Below, piece by piece: positions 7,841-16,741 of a DNA stretch of 42,322 nucleotides. The notes under the pieces are model-generated. The model ran no database searches, was not told the origin of the DNA, and saw only the letters and a program-made list of their open reading frames with translations. The stretch lies in assembly GCA_041736225.1 (NCBI GenBank), contig JBGSUG010000073.1:1-42322 (forward strand), written 5' to 3'. Position numbers and translations under genes: made by a program. The DNA comes from Candidatus Aminicenantales bacterium. Its GTDB lineage: Bacteria > Acidobacteriota > Aminicenantia > Aminicenantales > Saccharicenantaceae. The stretch's first letter is position 1, and the number at the start of each line of letters is the position of its first letter.

Positions 7841-9868
7841 TTAAACGAGATGCAGGGCATTGACAACGACATCGATGAGCTTGATCCCCGGGAAGGGCGC
7901 GATGAGCCCGCCCAGGCCGTAGATCAGGAGATTGCGCCGGAGAAGGGCCGACGCCCCCAAGGGCCGGAAGCGCACGCCGCGGAGCGCCAGAGGGACCAGG
8001 GCGATGATGATCAGGGCGTTGAATATGACCGCGCTCAGGATGGCGCTCGTCGGCGAACGGAGCCCCATGACGTTCAGGGGCGCGATGACCGGGAAGACGC
8101 CGACCAGCAGGGCCGGTATGATGGCGAAGTACTTGGCCACGTCGTTGGCGATGCTGAAGGTCGTCAGCGCGCCGCGGGTGATGAGCATCTGCTTGCCGAT
8201 CTCGACGACCTCGATGAGCTTCGTCGGATTGGAGTCGAGATCGACCATGTTGCCGGCCTCCTTGGCGGCCTGGGTCCCCGTATTCATCGCCACCCCGACG
8301 TCCGCCTGGGCCAGAGCGGGAGCGTCGTTAGTGCCGTCGCCGGTCATGGCCACGAGGTGGCCGGCCGCCTGCTCTTTCCGGATGAGCGTCAGCTTGTCTT
8401 CCGGCTTGGCCTCGGCGACGAAATCGTCGACCCCGGCTTCCCGGGCGATCGCCGCCGCGGTGAGGGGGTTGTCGCCGGTGATCATGACCGTCTTGATCCC
8501 CATGGCCCGGAACCGTTCGAACCGGTCTTTCAAGCCGCCCTTGACGATATCCTTGAGATGGACGACGCCCAGGACCCTGGTTCCGTCGGCCACGAGAAGC
8601 GGCGTCCCTCCCTGGAGAGCCACTTGGTTGACCGTATCGTCGACCTCGAGGGGGACGCTCCCGCCGGTGAATTCCCGGATCGCGGCCGGGGCCCCTTTCC
8701 TGATGCGATGCGCCTCGAAGTCCACGCCGCTCATGCGGGTCTGGGCCGAGAAGGCGATGAAGACGGCTCCGGGCATGCCGGCGATGGAGCTCCCGCGCAG
8801 TCCGTATTTCTTCGCCAGGACGACGACGCTCCGCCCTTCGGGCGTTTCGTCGGCCAGGGAGGCGAGCCGGGCGGAGTCGGCCAGCTCCTCGACCGTGACC
8901 CCCGGCGCCGGGAGAAAAGCCGCGGCCTGGCGGTCGCCCAGGGTGATCGTCCCGGTCTTGTCGAGGAGCAGCACGTCCACATCGCCGGCGGCTTCGACGG
9001 CGCGCCCGCTCATGGCCAGGACGTTCTTCTGGACCATGCGGTCGATGCCGGCGATCCCGATGGCGTTCAGCAGGCCGCCGATCGTCGTCGGAATGAGGCA
9101 GACGAGGAGTGCGACGAGAACGGTCACGGTGAAGCGGACGCCGGAATATCCGCCGAAGGGCCTCAGGGACATGATGACGACGAGAAAGATGATCGTCAGG
9201 GCCGAGAGCAGGATGGTCAGAGCGATCTCGTTGGGTGTCTTTTGGCGCCGGGCCCCCTCGACCAGGCCGATCATCCGGTCGAGGAAGCTCGTCCCCGGGT
9301 CGGCCGTGACCCGGACCTTGATCTGGTCGGACAGGACCCGCGTCCCGCCGGTGACCGCGCTCCGGTCGCCGCCGGCCTCGCGGATGACCGGAGCGGATTC
9401 GCCGGTGATGGCGGACTCGTCCACCATGGCCGCACCCTCGACGATCTCCCCGTCGGCCGGGATGATCTCGCGGGCGGAGATGACGACCAGGTCGCCCTTG
9501 CGCAGCCGCTCCGAGGGGACCGACTCGACCGATCCGTCGGTCCGGAGGAGGCGGGCCGTCGTGGAAGCGCGCGTCTTGCGCAGCTCGTCGGCCTGGGCCT
9601 TCCCCCGGCCTTCGGCCATCGCCTCGGCGAAATTGGCGAACAGGACCGTGAACCACAGCCAAAGGGCCACTTGGAGCCCGAATCCGGCCGGCTCACCCTT
9701 CGATCTCATCAGCAGGCCGGCCGTCGTCAGCAGGGCCCCGACCTCGGTGACGAAGATGACGGGGTTCTTGAGCAGGTGCGACGGATTAAGCTTTTTAAAG
9801 GCCTCTAGCGACGCCCGGCCGACGATGGCTTTATCGAAAAGGGAGCGGTTGCGGGAGCGCACGGTCAT
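7841..9868 (-). CDS. kdpB: Potassium-transporting P-type ATPase subunit B
   Basis: The P-type ATPase motifs [20 protein letters not shown] and ITGES are present, along with the KdpB-type N-terminus. Confidence 0.98.
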   Translation of the reverse strand: MTVRSRNRSLFDKAIVGRASLEAFKKLNPSHLLKNPVIFVTEVGALLTTAGLLMRSKGEPAGFGLQVALWLWFTVLFANFAEAMAEGRGKAQADELRKTRASTTARLLRTDGSVESVPSERLRKGDLVVISAREIIPADGEIVEGAAMVDESAITGESAPVIREAGGDRSAVTGGTRVLSDQIKVRVTADPGTSFLDRMIGLVEGARRQKTPNEIALTILLSALTIIFLVVIMSLRPFGGYSGVRFTVTVLVALLVCLIPTTIGGLLNAIGIAGIDRMVQKNVLAMSGRAVEAAGDVDVLLLDKTGTITLGDRQAAAFLPAPGVTVEELADSARLASLADETPEGRSVVVLAKKYGLRGSSIAGMPGAVFIAFSAQTRMSGVDFEAHRIRKGAPAAIREFTGGSVPLEVDDTVNQVALQGGTPLLVADGTRVLGVVHLKDIVKGGLKDRFERFRAMGIKTVMITGDNPLTAAAIAREAGVDDFVAEAKPEDKLTLIRKEQAAGHLVAMTGDGTNDAPALAQADVGVAMNTGTQAAKEAGNMVDLDSNPTKLIEVVEIGKQMLITRGALTTFSIANDVAKYFAIIPALLVGVFPVIAPLNVMGLRSPTSAILSAVIFNALIIIALVPLALRGVRFRPLGASALLRRNLLIYGLGGLIAPFPGIKLIDVVVNALHLV

Positions 9869-9874
9869 CCTCGC

Positions 9875-11578
9875 TCAATACAGGATCCCCGATCCCGTCA
9901 TCAGGAAATGTTCGACGATGGGGCCGAGGGCCAGGGCAGGTAGAAAGGTCAAGGCGCCGACGACGAGAACGGTCCCGATAAGGATGATGACGAAGGTCGG
10001 GCCGCTGGCGGGAAAGCTCGCTTCGCTCGGCGGCAGGGCCCTTTTTCCCGCCAAGCTTCCGGCCAGGGCCAGGACCGGCAAGATGATCAGGAACCGCCCG
10101 AAGAGCATGGCCAGGGCCAGTGATATGTTGTAAGGGACCGTATCGCCGTTTAGGCCGGCGAAGGCGCTGCCGTTGTTGCCCGCGGTCGAGGAGAAGGCGT
10201 AGAGGATCTCGCTCAGCCCGTGCGGCCCCGCGTTGGCGGGACCGGCCAGGCCCCAGCGGCTCACCGCGGCCCAGGCGGCGAAGCCGAGGATACAGAAGAC
10301 CGGGACGAGTATGGCCAGCACGGAGACCTTGACGTCGAAAGCCTCGATCTTCTTGCCCATGTACTCCGGGGTCCGTCCGACCATCAGTCCGGTGAGAAAG
10401 ACGGCCAGGACGACGAAGAGGAGCATCCCGTAGAGTCCCGAGCCGACGCCGCCGAAGACCACTTCGCCGAGCTGGATGTCGAACAGCGGGACCAGGCCGC
10501 CGAGCGGGGTGAACGAATCGTGCATGGCGTTGACGGCCCCGCAGGAGGCCGCCGTGGTGACGGTGGCGAAAAGACTCGAGCCCGCGACGCCGAACCGGAC
10601 CTCCTTGCCCTCCATGTTGCCCGCGGCCGGATCGATACCCAGGGCTTGCAGGCGCGGATTGCCGGCGGTTTCCGCTTTCCAGCAGACCAGGACCGCGGCC
10701 AGAAAGAGCACGGCCATGGCGCTCCAGACGGCCCAGCCGTGCTTCTGGTTCCTGACCTTCCGCCCGAGGTAGTAGGTCAGGCCGCTGGGGATGAGGAAGA
10801 TCGCGAGCATCTGGACGAAGTTCGAAAGGGGAGTGGGGTTCTCGTAAGGATGGGCGGCGTTGGCGTTGAAGAAGCCGCCGCCGTTGGTCCCCAGCATCTT
10901 GATGGCCGCCTGGGAGGCCACCGGCCCCTGGGCGATGGTCTGAGCGGACCCGGTCTCGACGTACGGTTTGAAGTTCTGGATCGTCCCCTGCGAGGTCAGG
11001 AAGAGCGATAAGACGATCGCAAGGGGCAGAAGCAGATAGATGTTGATCCGGACCAGGTCGACCCAGAAGTTCCCCAGGGTTTTGGCGGAATGCCGGGAGA
11101 TGCCCCTGACGAGCGCCGCCGCCGCGGCGATCCCAGCGGCCGCCGAGACGAAATTCTGGAAGACGAGCCCGACCATCTGCGAAAAATAGGACAGGGTCGT
11201 TTCGCCCCCGTAGTTCTGCCAGTCCGTATTGGACGCGAAGCTGGCCGCGGTATTGAAAGCCAGGTCCGGCCGGACGGGCCCGAAACCTCGAGGGTTGAAC
11301 GGGAGGAGATGCTGGAGCCGGAGCACCGCGTACGTGAACAGAAGCCCGGCCAGGCTGAAAAGGAGCAGGGACCCCGCATAGCGCCGCCAATCCTGCTCTT
11401 TTCGCGGGTCGACGCCGAGGACCCTATAAAGGAGCCGTTCGACCGGCTTGGCCGGGCGGTCGAGCCAAGTCCGTCCCTCGGGCTCGAGGACCCGGATGAG
11501 ATAGAGCCCCAGCGGCTTCGTGACGGTGAACAGGACAACCATGAAGAGGATCAGTTGAAGCCAGCCGGAGAGTTCCAT
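9875..11578 (-). CDS. kdpA: Potassium-transporting ATPase subunit A (K+ channel-like subunit)
   Basis: The 567-aa polytopic protein has KdpA selectivity-filter-like blocks (NTDWQNYGGE, GTNGGGFFNAN, TAASCGAVN, SSTAGNNGSAF). Confidence 0.97.
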   Translation of the reverse strand: MELSGWLQLILFMVVLFTVTKPLGLYLIRVLEPEGRTWLDRPAKPVERLLYRVLGVDPRKEQDWRRYAGSLLLFSLAGLLFTYAVLRLQHLLPFNPRGFGPVRPDLAFNTAASFASNTDWQNYGGETTLSYFSQMVGLVFQNFVSAAAGIAAAAALVRGISRHSAKTLGNFWVDLVRINIYLLLPLAIVLSLFLTSQGTIQNFKPYVETGSAQTIAQGPVASQAAIKMLGTNGGGFFNANAAHPYENPTPLSNFVQMLAIFLIPSGLTYYLGRKVRNQKHGWAVWSAMAVLFLAAVLVCWKAETAGNPRLQALGIDPAAGNMEGKEVRFGVAGSSLFATVTTAASCGAVNAMHDSFTPLGGLVPLFDIQLGEVVFGGVGSGLYGMLLFVVLAVFLTGLMVGRTPEYMGKKIEAFDVKVSVLAILVPVFCILGFAAWAAVSRWGLAGPANAGPHGLSEILYAFSSTAGNNGSAFAGLNGDTVPYNISLALAMLFGRFLIILPVLALAGSLAGKRALPPSEASFPASGPTFVIILIGTVLVVGALTFLPALALGPIVEHFLMTGSGILY

Positions 11579-11591
11579 CGTCGTCGCCTTG

Positions 11592-11675
11592 TCAGAATTT
11601 TTCGGGCCGCAGGATGCTCCACAGCAGGTAGCCGATGAGCAGGATCCCGATGACGAATCCCAGGATGTTCGCCAT
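11592..11675 (-). CDS. kdpF: Potassium-transporting ATPase subunit F (27-aa single-TM peptide)
   Basis: The peptide is MANILGFVIGILLIGYLLWSILRPEKF. It starts 2 nt after the kinase stop and ends 13 nt before kdpA. The tail of track ORF 11592..12047 contains it. Confidence 0.75.
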   Translation of the reverse strand: MANILGFVIGILLIGYLLWSILRPEKF

Positions 11676-11677
11676 CG

Positions 11678-13522
11678 TCAGGACCTTTCGGCCTTTTCTT
11701 TCGGGAACAGGTCGACCCGTCTCAGGGTGAATGAGAAGCTGGCGCCTTTTCCCTCGCCGCTCTCGACGCCCACGGTGCCGCCGTGGGCTTCGACGATCTC
11801 CTTGACGATGGCCAGCCCGAGCCCGGCGCCCGTTTCGTTCTGACGGCCGGGAACCCGGAAGAAGGGCTCGAAGACCCGGGAGAGGAAGGCCGCGGGGATG
11901 CCCTCGCCCGTGTCGGAGACTCTGAAGCGGACCCAAGCCTCGTCGGCCTCTGCGGTCAGCGCGATCCGGCCGCCGGGCGAGGTGTGTTTGAGCGCGTTCG
12001 AGAGGAGGTTGCCGAAGACATGGCCGATCCGGGTCGTGTCCACCCAAACTTCGGGGAGGTCGGGCGGCACGTCCGCATGCAGGGTCACGCCACGGTCCTG
12101 GGCCTCCCTGCGGACAGATTCGACGGCATCCATGACGATCGACCGCGGGGAAAGGGCCCGGAATTCCATCCGGGCCTTGCCCGATTCGAACCGGCTCAGG
12201 TCCAGGAGACTGTCGAGGATCTCATGGAGGCGGTCGCTGTCTTCGCGGGCGGACACGAGGAGCTCCGCCTGCTTCTCGTTGAGGGCGCCGACCTTCTCGC
12301 CCAGGAGCAGATGGATGGCCATGCGCACCGATGTGAGGGGCGTGTTCAGCTGATGGGACACGGTCCGGACGACGCCCCTCTTGATCTCGTCCTGCTGCCG
12401 CAGCTGGGTGACGTCCTCGAGGACGAGGATCACTCCGGTCGTCAGGCGTTCGTTGTCCAGGATCGGGACCGCCTCGGGGCGGTAGTAGCGCTCTTCGCCC
12501 CGGACGAATTGCTGAATGGGCCTCTGCCCCTCGAGGAACGCGGCCCGGCTCTCCTGACGCGCGTCGCGGATGAGATCGGCCATCCAGCCGAACGGCAGGT
12601 CGCCGACGGAGACCCCTGGCTTCAACCCGAAGACGGTCCGCGCCGATTCCGTGGCGATCTCGACCCGCCCCTCCATGTCGACGACCGCGATCGCATCGGG
12701 AAGGCTGTCGAAGGCCTGCTGTGTGGCCCTTTGGATACGAAGCAGCTTGGCCTGGTCCGTCCGCCGGAACTCCCGCAGGCTCGCGGCCATGTCGTTAAAG
12801 GCTCCCGACAGGTGCCCGATCTCGTCCCGGGAATCGCCGGCCACGACGAGGTCCAGGTTGCCGCGCCGGATCTCGTCCGCCGACCGGATGAGGCTGTGGA
12901 TCGGCCGGAGGATCCATCTCCTGGTGAAGATGAGGAAGACGACGGCCAACGCCGTCCCGATGGACAGAAGGGCATACATTCGCCTTCTGGCGGACGCGGC
13001 GATCCGGCGGGCGCGGTCGTTGGCATCGCTCATGTTCCGCTGGTTCAGCCGGAGGATCTCGTCGGCTTGGTTCTTGATCTGGTCGAACAGCGGCAGGAGA
13101 GACGTGAAATAGCCCTGGGCGCGGAGCTCCGTGGGCCGGGCCGGATCGACGACGCTGTCCAATTGGACTTCGTAACGCCTGAAAAGATCCTGCAGCCGGG
13201 CGGCCTTGTCCCCCTCGGCCGGGAGGGTGATGTTGCTGAGCTCGGCTTGAAGGGACACCTCGAAAGCGGCCCGATTGTCGCGGACGAGCTCGTTCCCCTC
13301 CCGCGTGTGGCCGAGAAGGACGAACAGGGTCCCGCTGTCCATTCGCTCCAGGGCTTCCTTCATCTGTTGGCAGGCAATGACGCTCCGGTAGTTCTCGCGC
13401 AGGATGACGTCGATCGAAACACCCAATCTGGAAAGATGAAGGATGCTCTGGGTTCCGATGACGAGGATGATGATCAGGAGCGCGCTGAATCCCAGGGAGA
13501 TCTTTTGGCGAAGACCGAGCAT
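11678..13522 (-). CDS. Membrane sensor histidine kinase (four-helix-bundle-like sensor, HAMP, PAS, HisKA, HATPase_c), first gene of the kdp transcription unit
   Basis: It has two TM segments and a HAMP region (RRWILRPIHSLIRSADEIRRGNLD...). The H-box is VSHQLNTPLTSV. The N and G boxes are LLSNALKHT, DTGEGIP and GAGLGLAIV. Its architecture is unrelated to the KdpD C-terminal half. Confidence 0.9.
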   Translation of the reverse strand: MLGLRQKISLGFSALLIIILVIGTQSILHLSRLGVSIDVILRENYRSVIACQQMKEALERMDSGTLFVLLGHTREGNELVRDNRAAFEVSLQAELSNITLPAEGDKAARLQDLFRRYEVQLDSVVDPARPTELRAQGYFTSLLPLFDQIKNQADEILRLNQRNMSDANDRARRIAASARRRMYALLSIGTALAVVFLIFTRRWILRPIHSLIRSADEIRRGNLDLVVAGDSRDEIGHLSGAFNDMAASLREFRRTDQAKLLRIQRATQQAFDSLPDAIAVVDMEGRVEIATESARTVFGLKPGVSVGDLPFGWMADLIRDARQESRAAFLEGQRPIQQFVRGEERYYRPEAVPILDNERLTTGVILVLEDVTQLRQQDEIKRGVVRTVSHQLNTPLTSVRMAIHLLLGEKVGALNEKQAELLVSAREDSDRLHEILDSLLDLSRFESGKARMEFRALSPRSIVMDAVESVRREAQDRGVTLHADVPPDLPEVWVDTTRIGHVFGNLLSNALKHTSPGGRIALTAEADEAWVRFRVSDTGEGIPAAFLSRVFEPFFRVPGRQNETGAGLGLAIVKEIVEAHGGTVGVESGEGKGASFSFTLRRVDLFPKEKAERS

Positions 13523-13549
13523 GATGTTCTTTCCTTCCGCTCCTGATCA

Positions 13550-13565
13550 AGCAAGACTCATGCCA
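13550..13565 (-). promoter_or_regulatory. Sigma54 (-24/-12) promoter upstream of the kinase-kdpFABC unit
   Basis: The minus strand reads TGGCAT-GAGTC-TTGCT, which has the same spacing as the TGGCAC-N5-TTGCW consensus. The inferred +1 is about 17 nt upstream of the kinase ATG, and GGAAGGAAAG lies between them as a ribosome-binding site. Confidence 0.6.
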
Positions 13566-13678
13566 GAGCAGACCTCTCGTATCGAATAGATAATGAATGA
13601 GTTGGTCAGATGGCCGCGGATGGGGGGCTTGCATTCATCAAGGGATGGCCCGATGGTCCATTGAAATACGCAAGGCTC

Positions 13679-15046
13679 TTAGATGCCGTATTCTTTTCGC
13701 CGCCGCCAGAGGGTGGCTTGATCGATGCCGAGAACGGCGGCCGCTTCCTGAAGGGACCTGGTGTTGGCCAGGACCCGACGGATATGGGATTCCTCGATCT
13801 TGTCGAGGCTGACGGCGTCGCCGATCCTGACTTCGGCTCCGCCGGGAGCGAGGTTCGCCGGGAGGCATTCCGGGCCAATGCGGTCGGCCGGGCAGAGGAT
13901 CGCGGCGCGCTCGATGGCGTTGCTCAGTTCCCGGACGTTCCCCGGCCAGGAATGAGCGGCGAGCGCCCGGAGCGCGTCGTCCTTGAATCCCAGGAACGAA
14001 CGGTGGTTGTTCCGGGCGTGAAAGGCCAGCAGGCGTTCCGCCAGGACGGGCAGGTCTTCCGATCTCTCCCGGAGAGGAGGGATCTCGATCGGGATGACGC
14101 TGAGCCGGAAATAGAGGTCCTCCCGGAACCGGCCCGCCTTGACGGCGTCAACCAGGTTCGTGTTGGTGGCGGCGATCAACCGCACGTCCGCCTTCCGCGT
14201 GACGGTGTCGCCGACGCGCTCGAATTCCCGCTCCTGGACGAAACGCAGGAGCTTCGGCTGGAGGGGTAGCGGCAGGTCGCCGATCTCGTCCAGGAAGAGG
14301 GTGCCGCCGTCGGTCACAGCGATCCGGCCCGGGTTGTCGCGGACGGCCCCCGTGAAGGCGCCCTTCGCGTGACCGAAAAGCTCGCTTTCCAGGAGCTCGG
14401 GCGGGAACGAAGGGCAAGAGATGAGGCTGAACGGCTTGGCCGCCCTGGCGCTCCATGAATGGATGGCCCGGGCCAGGACGGTCTTGCCCGTGCCGCTCTC
14501 CCCGCAGAGGAGGATCGTGGCTTCGGATATGGCGGCTTGGCGCGCCACGGCCACGGCTCTCTGCATCCGAGGGCTCGCGCTCGAGAAATCGACTTCGGGA
14601 TGCTGGCGCCCGAGGTCCTCTTGCAGGGACGCGACCTTCTGCTCCAGGAGCCGGACCTCGAACACCTTGTGCACCGACAGGGAGATCTGGGCGGGGGTGA
14701 ACGGCTTGGGGATGTAATCGGTGGCCCCCCGCCGGATGGCCTCGACGGCCGTGTCGATGGAGGCGTAAGCGGTGATGACGATGATCTTGAGCCAGGGCGA
14801 GGCGGCCAGAAGGGCCGGGATGAGATCGAGGCCGTCGTCCGTGCCCAGCCGGAGATCCACGAAAGCGAGCTCGAAGGACCTGCGCGAGGCCTCCGCCAGG
14901 GCATCCTGGAAGTTGCTGACAGCCGTGACTTTATGTCCTTCCGTCTCGAGAGCGATGGTTAGGGTCTTCCGGATATTGATCTCGTCGTCGACGACGAGGA
15001 CATGGAGGGGGGCATCGACGATCGGGCCGCTCTTTTCAGGTCCCAT
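13679..15046 (-). CDS. Sigma54-dependent response regulator (NtrC family: receiver + AAA+ activator + Fis-type HTH)
   Basis: The receiver begins HVLVVDDEINIRKTL. The AAA+ domain has Walker A GESGTGKT, GAFTGA, ESELFGH and RFREDLYFRL. The C-terminal HTH is SLQEAAAVLGIDQATLWRRRKEYGI. An alternative TTG start at 15070 overlaps the flavodoxin stop. Confidence 0.92.
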   Translation of the reverse strand: MGPEKSGPIVDAPLHVLVVDDEINIRKTLTIALETEGHKVTAVSNFQDALAEASRRSFELAFVDLRLGTDDGLDLIPALLAASPWLKIIVITAYASIDTAVEAIRRGATDYIPKPFTPAQISLSVHKVFEVRLLEQKVASLQEDLGRQHPEVDFSSASPRMQRAVAVARQAAISEATILLCGESGTGKTVLARAIHSWSARAAKPFSLISCPSFPPELLESELFGHAKGAFTGAVRDNPGRIAVTDGGTLFLDEIGDLPLPLQPKLLRFVQEREFERVGDTVTRKADVRLIAATNTNLVDAVKAGRFREDLYFRLSVIPIEIPPLRERSEDLPVLAERLLAFHARNNHRSFLGFKDDALRALAAHSWPGNVRELSNAIERAAILCPADRIGPECLPANLAPGGAEVRIGDAVSLDKIEESHIRRVLANTRSLQEAAAVLGIDQATLWRRRKEYGI

Positions 15047-15066
15047 TCGATTATCCGTCTCGGGCC

Positions 15067-15546
15067 TCAAGCAGAAAAGAGCTTCTTCGTCAGGTCGGCC
15101 AGGTTCTTGGCGTGGGATTCGCAGCAGTCGAGCGACCTCTTGTCGGGCCGGCCGATCGAGACCGGGCCGTAGTGGTCGAACTGGTGGTTCCCGCGGACGA
15201 CCATGCCGTGAATGAGCAGCGCCTGGAGGATATCGAGGACCGTCGTCTCGTTGCCGCCGCCGATATTGGCCGAGGAGGTGAAAGCCCCGCCGACCTTACC
15301 CCGGAGCTTTCCGTGATACTTGACGCTCTCGTCGAGGAGCTTTTTCAGCTCCCAGGACATCGTGCCGTAGTACGTCGGGGACCCGAGGACGATGCAGTCG
15401 TAGCCGAGGAGGTCGGCCGGGGCCGTGTCCTCGACCGTCTTGAGATCCACTGCGAGGCCTTGCGATTCGAGGACCTCGGCGATACGGGCCGCCATACTCT
15501 TGGTATTTCCCGTCCGGGAATAATAGGAAACCAGGGCTTTGGGCAT
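15067..15546 (-). CDS. Flavodoxin-fold protein (WrbA/NAD(P)H-quinone oxidoreductase-like)
   Basis: The FMN-binding loop is MPKALVSYYSRTGNTKSMA, and GSPTYYGTMSWELKKLLD is also present. The start was trimmed to the ATG preceded by GGAGGA. Confidence 0.85.
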   Translation of the reverse strand: MPKALVSYYSRTGNTKSMAARIAEVLESQGLAVDLKTVEDTAPADLLGYDCIVLGSPTYYGTMSWELKKLLDESVKYHGKLRGKVGGAFTSSANIGGGNETTVLDILQALLIHGMVVRGNHQFDHYGPVSIGRPDKRSLDCCESHAKNLADLTKKLFSA

Positions 15547-15570
15547 CGCGTTCCTCCTGGGACGCCGCCG

Positions 15571-15599
15571 ATTATGACCAAGGCGGAGCCCTAAGTCAA
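15571..15599 (-). promoter_or_regulatory. Sigma70-type promoter for the flavodoxin/response-regulator unit
   Basis: The minus strand reads TTGACT-17 nt-CATAAT, followed by GGAGGA and the flavodoxin ATG. Confidence 0.45.
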
Positions 15600-15677
15600 A
15601 CCGGCAGCAAACAGGATTGAACACATCGCTCCAAAATAGTAGCATCGGTCGATCGCGACGGAAGTGAGGAGATCGAG

Positions 15678-16706
15678 ATGAGCAGGCCCCGCATGATTTT
15701 CAGAGGTCTCTTCGCCCCTTATCTGATGGGTATCATAACGCTGACCGGGGCTTGGGCCGCGTTCCTCCCGCCGGCAGCGCCCGGGCAGGTTCCGCCGGCC
15801 ACTCTGAGCCCGAACCTCACCATCGGCGTCGATGACGGGGATGAGAAACTGATGTTCGGCATGATCGTCCGCGTCGATGTCGATGGCCGGGGGGATATCT
15901 ATATCCTCGACTACAAGTTCAGCCGGGTCGGAGTCTTCGACAGCAAGGGCCACTTCCTGAGGCAGATCGCCGTACCGGAAGGGCAGGGCCCGCAGGAGAC
16001 GACGGGTATGCCCGGAATCGCCGTGACCCCCAACGGGACGCTGTTCATCAACGATACGCGGAAGGTGATCGTCTATGATCCGGACGGCAGATATGTCCGG
16101 ACTTTTCCGGCCGGGTTCACGATCATTTCGACCGGCTGCCCCGGCACGGAGGATTTGGTTGTCCTGGGGCTGCACGAGGGAAAGATCTTGCATGTGTTCG
16201 ACGCCCGAGGCGAATGGGTCGCCTCTTTCGGCGATATGTTCGTGCCGCCTAAAAAGTTCGAGCCGATGAAGGAGGCGCCGATCATCGGTGCTCCTCTTCG
16301 GTTTAGTTGCGCAAAGGACGGACGCGTATTCGTCCTGAACCCCCATCGGTACGAGGTCTCGGTATTCAAGGACCGGAAGCTAGAGGGCGTCATCGAAGGC
16401 CGGAGTGATGCCTTCAAGCCCGTCCGGAAGACGGCCTTCGGCTTTGCGTCCCCGGTCGCGGAGATCGTTCCCAGCGGCGATCTCGTCTTCGTCGCTCTCT
16501 TGACGATGTATCCGAAGGCCATGATGACGGCCGACGTATTTCGAGCCGGCCGGCGGATCGGAGCGATCGACCTGCCGGGGGAGCCCATGGCCGCGGATCG
16601 CCACGGCATGATCTATGTGGCCGAACAGGAAGAGGGGCCTTTCGGGCGCCAGCTGGCAGAAGGGAGCTTCCCAAAGGTCGTCCGCTACGCGGTCATTAAG
16701 AACTGA
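15678..16706 (+). CDS. Secreted 6-bladed beta-propeller (NHL-repeat-like) protein
   Basis: It has a signal peptide and repeated GxIYIxD / G.lfV.n-type beta-propeller blades (GDIYILDYKFSRVGVFDSKG, GTLFINDTRKVIVYDPDG, GRVFVLNPHRYEVSVF, GMIYVAEQ). Confidence 0.7.
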   Translation: MSRPRMIFRGLFAPYLMGIITLTGAWAAFLPPAAPGQVPPATLSPNLTIGVDDGDEKLMFGMIVRVDVDGRGDIYILDYKFSRVGVFDSKGHFLRQIAVPEGQGPQETTGMPGIAVTPNGTLFINDTRKVIVYDPDGRYVRTFPAGFTIISTGCPGTEDLVVLGLHEGKILHVFDARGEWVASFGDMFVPPKKFEPMKEAPIIGAPLRFSCAKDGRVFVLNPHRYEVSVFKDRKLEGVIEGRSDAFKPVRKTAFGFASPVAEIVPSGDLVFVALLTMYPKAMMTADVFRAGRRIGAIDLPGEPMAADRHGMIYVAEQEEGPFGRQLAEGSFPKVVRYAVIKN

Positions 16707-16741
16707 CCCGATACCGGAACTGCGTATATCGAAATCCGCCG

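Noticed and set aside
7415-10133. ORFs of 797 aa and 733 aa on the plus strand (7415..9808 and 7932..10133).
   Set aside because: They are antisense to kdpB/kdpA, low in complexity (R/G/D- or S/R/A-rich), and have no ribosome-binding site or motifs.
15592-15605. The 14-nt match TAAGTCAAACCGGC, shared with 17784..17797.
   Set aside because: By my rough estimate, several exact 14-mer matches are expected by chance between two strands of a 42-kb window. The second copy overlaps a stop codon, and no -10 box follows it.
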